A DNA stretch of 52,251 nucleotides, filler included, from Streblomastix strix (lineage: Eukaryota): the NCBI GenBank assembly GCA_008636045.1. It is 2 parts of 2 records of this genome, joined end to end, with 100 filler letters (N's around TTAATTAATTAA, not from the genome) between each part and the next. Parts side by side here need not be neighbours in the genome. Positions count along the whole stretch, not along the records: positions 26,189 to 52,251 come from SNRW01000182.1; 1 more part is not named here. One strand, 5' to 3'. The position numbers and the translations under genes are program-made. Every line of letters starts with the position of its first letter. Position 1 is the first letter of the stretch. This document shows, in pieces, positions 43,601-52,251 of the stretch. A model generated the notes under the pieces. It did not search any database and was not told the origin of the DNA. It was given only the letters and a program-made list of their open reading frames with translations.

Positions 43601-46600
43601 TAATATCTGCCTTAAAACACACAGTCATTCAGCAAATATTAACTTTATAGTACAAATGATCTACAACTTAGAGGAAAGAAAAGTTTAAATTGTGGAAATG
43701 ATAATTAAATTATAAATGACGATCTTGCAGAAATTGATGAAATATTGTACTGGCTTGATATTGAATTTGGAATAAAAAGGCAAATTTCTGATGAAAAGGA
43801 TAATGATTAAAAAGTAGAATAACAACAATTAATTGTTTCTCCAGAATTAACATCGCTAATATAAGAAGAAAATTCTTTATACGAATAAAAACATAAATCA
43901 AAAGAAATTGTTGATATTTCATAATCAATTATAACAGATTTAGTAAAATCAAACTCATAAGAGAATATGTAAACACAGATATAATAACAACATGAAAATG
44001 TTCATTAGATACAATAAATTCAACCTTAGTCATAAATCAATAATTCTCCTTCTGATATTTTTCTTCAATAAAACATTGATCTTTCTAAATCTAATACACA
44101 ACCACAATTATTCTTATAATAGAATCAAGATCTAATCAACTAATATTTCCCTCACAGTTAGTCTGCAGATCTCCAAATATAATAAATACCATTAATCATT
44201 TAACCAATTAATTAATAGCATTAATAATAATAAACTAAAGTTCATTCATCATTATCTAAATCTTCGTAATAATAGCATGAATTGATAGATGCTATTACAT
44301 ATTAATAAAATAATTCATAATTACAGGAATCAGAATCAACTGAATTTCTGGACTAAAATTCACAAGAATTGAATGAATCGTTTCATTCAGCGCGAATTGC
44401 TTTTTCATCTTCTTCTTCAAAATAGAAATAAAACAAATAAATTCAAATAATTACTTAAATTCCTTAAATTCCTGTTGAATAAAAACCATTAGTAGATTAA
44501 TTGAATTTTGAATAAAAGAAGAAACTAAGAGAGATTTATCTGATGAGGAAAGTATTTAAACTTATTATCAGAATTGAAAAGAAAAATATAATTCATTCAT
44601 CAAATAAAGAAGATATTAATTCAAACAATCAAAAATCCAATGATCTTCTTCTTGACATATATCAACTATTCTTCCCAGATGAACTCTACTTCTTGTGGTA
44701 ATCAAACATAAATGAAAGTGGGATTGGAAAATAATACATTTAAGATAATTGGCGTAAAAGAAGAGAACTGTATTATAATGAAGTTAAGAAATGGGCTTAG
44801 ATATAATTAGGGGTAATTAGATAGAGGAATGTAAATTAATATAATCCAATCAAACGTTTATTATCTGAACCACAATAGATTGATCAGTATTTAAATAACA
44901 TATTGAAGTTTATTGAAAGTTGTTTGAGCAGAGCATTAACACGAATATTGAAGTTTGATCTCACTACTTAAGATATAGAAATTAATACAAATAGAAATAA
45001 TGAAGAGAATTTAAATTAATAAGTATAACAATGTGGAAATGATAATGATGATGAAGAAGATGGAGTTGTATTTGATTGTATAGATGCATTAGCTTCATGG
45101 GAAAGAAGAAATAATAATAATATTGATGATGAAGAATAATCAATAATATAATAAATCAAAGAAAATATGAACAGACCTCGTTTTCATCCTCTTAATCCTT
45201 CATTCAGAAGCAAATAACGAGTATTTAGAGTTATTGAAGAGATGGAAGAAGAACTTGATACAACATTTGTGACATTGAATTTAATATGGAAATGTAGTCC
45301 ACCTCCTGATATTGAATAGAAAAAGAAAGAAATACCAAATTTCTTATTAAAATATATTGATAATAATGATGAGAAATAATAATCCAAATAACCAGAATCA
45401 AATAAATAAGAAATACTTCAACCATAAATACAAATAGAAGATGATGATTATCCAACAATATATGGTGGAGGTGGAATGTGGAGTAAAAGATGGGGAAAAT
45501 TCCCAAAATTGAATAAAAATAAATCTTCTAATCTTAATATAGAAAAGAACTAAAAACAGAAAATTAATGAGGATGAATAAAAGAATCTTCGATTTTTCAT
45601 TGGTAAATGTATTCCTGAATTATTAGAAATGCGAACTCTGATGAAAGGATTGTGGGAAAGTGGAACAAGAAGAATACAAACAAACCAGAAACAAACAGAT
45701 AATTCAATACTAATCAATAATAATTCAAATCCAAATCCTTTTCCAAGGGTACTTCATCCTTATACATAACATCATGCACCAATTGTTCCATGTAATCATA
45801 AATGTGGTATTATTGGAACAGTGCATGTTTGGAAGAGACTATTTATTGTTCATTCGCATCGAGGACACACTCGACATTTCTCAACAAAAGCAAAGTTACT
45901 AACAAGAAAAGAATTGGATGATACTTTAGAAACAAATATCAATTCAATTGAACTCTGTAAAAATTAATAATAATAAGAATAAGATGAATAAATAAGATAA
46001 AATAATAATAGAAGATTAAGATATAATATAATGCTACTCATTCTTCAATATCTTTCTGGGTTTGGAGATGGAACTTAGATGCTAATTGATCTGTAAATAA
46101 CACCTGAAGAAGTTGAAAGTATGGAAAATTAATTGAATAATCTTCTTTCTTAATAATCGTAATAGAGAGAATATTTAATGAATTAAAATATTGTTCATGC
46201 AATTATTAAATCAATGAATGCAAAATATTTGTTTAAACTTTTCAATGAAATGAGAATTGAATTAAACGGTTTAAATAAATAAACAAACAAATATCTTCAA
46301 AATTCGTCGGATTCAAATAATAATAAAAATTAATCTCTTCATACTGAATTTAATCAATATAATTCAGTAATAAGTTTATAATAAGTAAATCTTGATCAAA
46401 TGCCAGAAATACATATAGAATAATAAATTCAAAGCAATCAATAAGAAAAATGGTTTAAATTCCTATAAAATAACTTTGAATATCCTCAACCAATATGCAT
46501 TCTGAAAGGACCAGCTTGGGATAATTATCATCGAAAAGGACGTGAATTCTATTAATGTTCAGAAATAGCAGCAACTTTTGGCCAAAACAATCAAATGTTT

Positions 46601-48670
46601 GATCCAAGATATCCTGTGTTTGTTCTTCAAAGATTCCCTTCACTCACAAATATCTGTTTAAATGAAGCAGTCCGATAACTTGGAAAACCAAAATAAATTA
46701 TGCTTCCTCAAATTCCATCTGATTATGAAAATAAATTCAAATAAATCATTGAAAAAAGATAATAATTGAATAAAAATCGATAATTTGGAAAAGAGAATGA
46801 AATTGAATCTGAAGGTATATTAAGTTATGATGAACTTGTCAGATTCAAGAATGAAATAAGATTATTAATCAGCAAAGATTCAGGTGAATTCTTGAATATA
46901 TTCAGTTAAGAAGATTTGATGAGATTTGTTGATATATCAGCAAAATATTATGAATAAGTTGAGAAGAAATGCTAACATATTAATATTGATATTCATTATG
47001 GTATAAAATCAGACCAGATTATAAATAATAATAATGAAAATAAAGAAGAGAATTAATTAAACGATAATCATGAACTATTGAATAAACAAGGTCTTCTTGT
47101 TGTTGGTGATATTCATGGCAATTTCAATGCTCTTCTCAAAGTTCTTGATGTTGTTGATGATGTTCTTCTTCTCAACAATCAATCCAGAGGCAAAGTTGTC
47201 TTCTTAGGGGATTATATTGATAGGGGGAAATAATCTATTGAGTGTATAATTCTTATTATTGCTTACAAACTTGCATTTCCAGATCGTGTTTTTCTTTTAA
47301 GAGGTAACCACGAAAGTTTAGGAACGATATTTTTTTGCACATTTTTCAACCTTCGAATCCGAACTATATTCGATTAAAAACTAAGAAATAAATATTCTGT
47401 GTATCGAGATGATGATGAACTTATTGCAGCTAAAGTAATAATGAATGAATGTTCTCAGAAGTTTATTAATATGTTTACAACAATGCCAATATCATGTACA
47501 GCTACACTTCTATATCATTCTGAATATGCAACTAATGAAAGATATTAAGATATATTCAATAGTCAAAATTAGAGAATTCGTGAAAATTAAACCCAGATCT
47601 TAGATTAAACAAATTAATAATAATATATTCCGCCCCATCCAATAGTACATTCAAGGCGCATTCAACTCAATCATGCTGGAATTACTCCAATTATGCCAAT
47701 TGCTAGTGTCGAAGATGAATGCCCACCAATGGAAGCAGAAGATGAATATGCGCTTGAAGAGAAGTATGATAATCCTGAAGCTGATGATATTTGGACCAGA
47801 AACAGAGCCATACTTAAATTCACAACTTGGGGTGATCCTGAAATAAGAGAGAACATAACTAAAGGAAGACCTCCATTCAATATTGAGACAACTGACAGGT
47901 ATTCTAGAGCTAATGGAATAGATGAAGTAATCAGAGGTCATCAGTCAGCTAATAATGGTCTCTATTTTCCAATGCATAATGGGAAGATTGCTACAATTTT
48001 CTCTTCAGACACTTACTGTTAATGGAATACGAAAGGTGCTGTTTATCTCATTAGATTATCAACAAATGAAAGATTGAACCAAAATTCATTCATTAATTAA
48101 CTTTCTAATCTTAATTCATTGACATCAAAAACATCTTAAAATCTTTCTTCATAAACAAACTCTAATTTCACTTCATCTCTTTCATTCGCACCTATACTAA
48201 CATTTGATACAATCTAATTAGAATCAGATAGATATGTGAAGAAACTGAACTATTCCAGTGAAGCAGTTGAAAGATTTTCTAAAGAAACTGAAGAAAAAAG
48301 AGTAAATTCAGCTTTGAAAAGAATAAAAGCAAATCAGCAAACTCTAAATTATCTTCAACTGATTGAGAATGAAGTATTATCATGTTTTGATATGAATTAA
48401 GTTGTTATTAATCCCATTTCTCAAATTTAAATCAATATTTCTGAAATAACAGATCAATAGATGAGTGATTTGGTATATTCTATTTAAGATCGACTTATCT
48501 GTGATGATGACATCAATTTGAAATTAGATCAGGCAGAAAAAATAAAAATTAATTCAGTTGATGGTAAACGTCTTGTGCTATATAATATCCGATAAAAAAT
48601 TAAGGAATAATTCGAATTAAAAACTAAATAAAAACCGAAAGATGGAAAATAAAATGATTAAAACAAATGA
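40682..48670 (+). CDS. Giant intronless PPP-family Ser/Thr protein phosphatase, 2,662 aa
   Basis: One frame open under TAR=Gln from ATG 40682 to TGA 48668-48670, with no internal TGA. Motifs GDIHG (about 47105), GDYIDRGKQS, LLRGNHE, NHAG, WGDP, IRGHQ, TIFSSDTYC. Confidence 0.9.
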
Positions 48671-49424
48671 TAACCAAAATGTGGATTATTAATATCTTGA
48701 TGCGAACTAAATTAATAAGATGGAATATTTTATCTTTTTTATAATTTTCGTTTAAAATTATTTTTATTGCTTTCCCACATCATTATATCATATTTCAACA
48801 CTTACATATATCTGAATAAGATGTCTTATATTTAATTAAACAATAGCGCATTTTCTTAAACTTAATAAATAAAATATTTAAATTAAAATAATTATAAGAC
48901 TGTTTATTCTTCTATTGCTTATATTTCAGCATACAGCATATGTTGACTCCTTATAAACTTTTAAATTTACACTATTTTTTTGATTTTGATTTATAGAAAA
49001 TGTTTTATTCATTAATATTAGCTTTCTGCTGCGCATGTGATATTTTTTTAAAAAACTGTTTAATTCCGTTTACTGATTTAATAAATCGAAATAATTAAAA
49101 TATTTTAAAAGATAAAATATCTTTATTTGGAAATACAATTTCATTTTTCCTATTTATACCTTCAACAAAACTCGGTACACACGTTTTTATTTTTATATTG
49201 TTACATTCAATATTTTTCTATTAACACATCATATATAGGCATAATAATTATTTGATGTTTTGTATTATTATTTATTTATGCCACTTAATTTAGTTCAATG
49301 ATCAGACCATCTAAATAACTGTTTTTTGAATAACTATTTTTGAATTAAAATAATTTTATTTTCATTATTTATCATAATTTCGCTTAAATTTAAATTTTTT
49401 TAATCTTTGTTACTACTTTAGACA

Positions 49425-52251
49425 ATGTCTTCCTCTGAAGATTAAAATAAAGAACAAATTCAATAAGACACATCAAAGAAATCAAAAGGTTTTAAATAAA
49501 AAATGAATATTTACTAATTAATAATATTAACCGAAAATGTTTATTTATATTAAATATTTACTAATAAGAATAATATTCAACATAATTCATTAACATTAAT
49601 AAATTTTATTTAAATTTTAATTGTATTTTTCCCCAAATTTATTTTTCTATTATTTTTATTCAGATAAATATTTGTTGAATTTTGCAGATTAAAAAATATA
49701 ATTTCAACTATAATAATTATTTCATCCAAATCAAATCAATTTTGATCAATTTAAATAGATTATATAATAAATAAATCATCTTTCAAGTGTTAATTTAGGA
49801 TCTGAAGATTCATTCTATCAACTTTCAAATGCTTTACGAATTGCAAAATCAGTTCATATTCAAAATAAATAAAAATTATTTAATATTTTTGATGATATGA
49901 TCTTCCAAAACAATTCATTATTTTAAAAGATCTTATATATTATATGTAATTCAATTCATAACAAAGAGGATATTGAACTTGCAATATAATAAGATCTCAT
50001 TGCAGAATTAATTGATTTAATATGATTCTAGTCGATTAATTAAATTTCATCATGACCATTTTATCCACAAGATAAATTATAGCCTTATATAATTTCTACA
50101 TTAAAATAAATCATTGAAAAAGGATCATCTGATTAAATTCAATAGATATTTGAGATGGGATTATTATAAGCCATTTCTTTACCACTTAAGAATAATAAAT
50201 GTCAATATAATATTCTTTCAATTCTCATAATAATTATTAATAAAGGTTGGAAATAAATAAAATCATCACCATATTCTTCTTCATCATCATCTTCCCCTTC
50301 TTTTTCATCATCATCTAAATTATATCAACTTCTTAATCTTAATTTATAGCATCCTTATCTATAATCATTTGAATAAGAAGGAATAACAAAAGAATTAATT
50401 AAAAATATATTAATAAATAATAATGATAATTATTCTTTTAAAGTAATATCATTAGAAATACTTGATGCGCTCTATCTTGAAGGAATAATATTGCCTGTTG
50501 AATAAAAAGAATAAATAATCACTAATCTCTGTGAATAATCAAAATCTGATGACAGTTAAATTTGAGAAAATGCATTAGAACTTCTTTATTATTTATCAAT
50601 TAACTAAGGTTTGATCATATTTACATTTTACATTAAAATGAAAAAAAGTTGATAATAAATTATTATATAATATAATTAGAATTTATTATTATTTTGTTTT
50701 AAAAAAATATATTTTTTATTAATTCAGATAATCATGAAATGATTATTGCTGGAGATGGAATTGTGACAGCTATTAAATATGTTAGGTATAAATTAATAAA
50801 AATAGAAATTTAAATTTATTTAAAATGTTCAATTTTAATATAAATTATTTATTTCTATAGGAAAGAATCAGAAGGAAAATTAATTAATTATTTAACACTC
50901 AAATACTCACTTTCTATTCTTGAGCGCATCTTAATATTTGGCTCAGTTCAAACACAATAATTAATTAAAAATTCAATCTCAATTGAAATAATATAAAAAA
51001 TAAAATATAATGATGAAATAATCAAAAAATTTTTAACTTCATGTTAATTTCCAGAAACAATTAAATTACTTTTGAGAATTAAAAGAATTGTTGAAAGAAG
51101 AAGTGAAAATGAATTAGTTAAATTGATTAAATCTGGATTAATAAAAATCTTTAATGAAATAATTGAAAAAACATTTCAAATTAATGATGGAGAATATTTT
51201 TTGATAATTATTGGGGAAATAATTAAAATATTAGTTGAAAATCATTCAGAAGTTAGTCGAATTATTGTTGAATAAACCGATTTTGTTGATAATTATCTTC
51301 ATTCATTTAGCATTTGTTAATTAGATTAAATCAATGAAGAATTTCTTATACCACTACAAAATCTTTCTAAATATATTCCCAATGAGTAAAAGAAAAAACT
51401 ATTTGAAAAAAATACAATATAAATAATAATAAATAAATATGAATAAAAGTATTAATATTTGCCTTGGGACATATTTAATATAATATTTAGAATCATTGAA
51501 GCTGGAGCATATGAATTAAAAGAAGGATAATAGCATCCATATTTTTTATAATTATAATAAGATGGAACAATTATCAAATTAATTTAACTTCTCAAAAAAA
51601 ATAACCGTTCTTATATAAGTAGTATATTTGTGTACCTTTTCAAAGCATAATCGCTTCCAATTGAAATCAAATAATAAATTGTTGAACATCTCAAAAATCC
51701 TTCTAATATTGACTTATTTGCAATCTTATCTGAGTGCATCGGTATAAAAAATTAAATATAATAAATTATAGGGTTCAATTATTAATTATTTATTTATCAT
51801 TTATTTTCATAAAATTATTTTTAATGTTATAATTTTATCTAGACAATCATGATGCAATTCTTGCAAATGACTTTGAAAAGAAGATCTTTAAATACGAATA
51901 TGATAATTATTATTATATTCAAATTGTTTATCAAATTCTTAAATATGGATCAAACAATAATAAGAAGAAAATTACATTATTTGTTAATAAAAAAATTGAA
52001 TTATTAAATCATGAAGAAGATGTTGATGTGTTGAAAAATCATTATTTTTTGAGAGAAGAATATATTTAAGAAATCAAACCCAAAATCAAAGAAATGTGCT
52101 CAATTATTAAATGTGTTGAAGAAATAATTGAATAAGATGGAGAATATGAAGAAATTAATGCATGTTTGTTTAAATCTAATAATATTGATGAAAATAAAGA
52201 TAAAAACTAAGAATTGACTAAAAATATTAAAATTGAAGAATATTACAGATA
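49425..52251 (+). CDS. ARM/HEAT-like helical-repeat protein, 3'-truncated; 3 in-frame TGA in exon 2
   Basis: Four GT-AG introns keep the frame. Two related modules: QHPYLQSFEQEGI..ELI...ILPVEQKEQII...NHEMII and QHPYFLQLQQDGTIIKLI...SLPIEIKQQIV...LSECIDNHDAIL. TGA at 50023, 50053 and 50563. Confidence 0.65.

Overview
AT-rich eukaryotic (protist) genomic DNA in which TAA/TAG encode glutamine (translation table 6), so the supplied ORF track fragments nearly every gene. I re-translated it by hand. The code, the AT-rich GT-AG introns (about 55-190 nt) and an ARM-like gene family suggest an oxymonad such as Streblomastix (inference). Bases 1-6000 are a DNA-transposon cluster: a pogo-like remnant, an intact DD34D mariner with TIRs and TA TSDs, and a decayed DD34E element followed by an OTU-like segment. 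The rest is gene-dense: coiled-coil proteins, two paralogous degenerate cathepsin-B-like surface proteins, an MNS1-motif/split-PH protein, VPS35L (after an artificial 100-bp scaffold gap), an LRR/LRRcap protein, an N-terminally extended RAD23-like protein, a 2,662-aa intronless PPP phosphatase and an ARM-like protein. The most striking observation is that three long genes carry 8 in-frame TGA codons with no frameshift, although TGA is the only terminator left in this code. This points to dual-meaning UGA or readthrough (contexts look Arg-like), with pseudogenisation and base-call artefact as alternatives.
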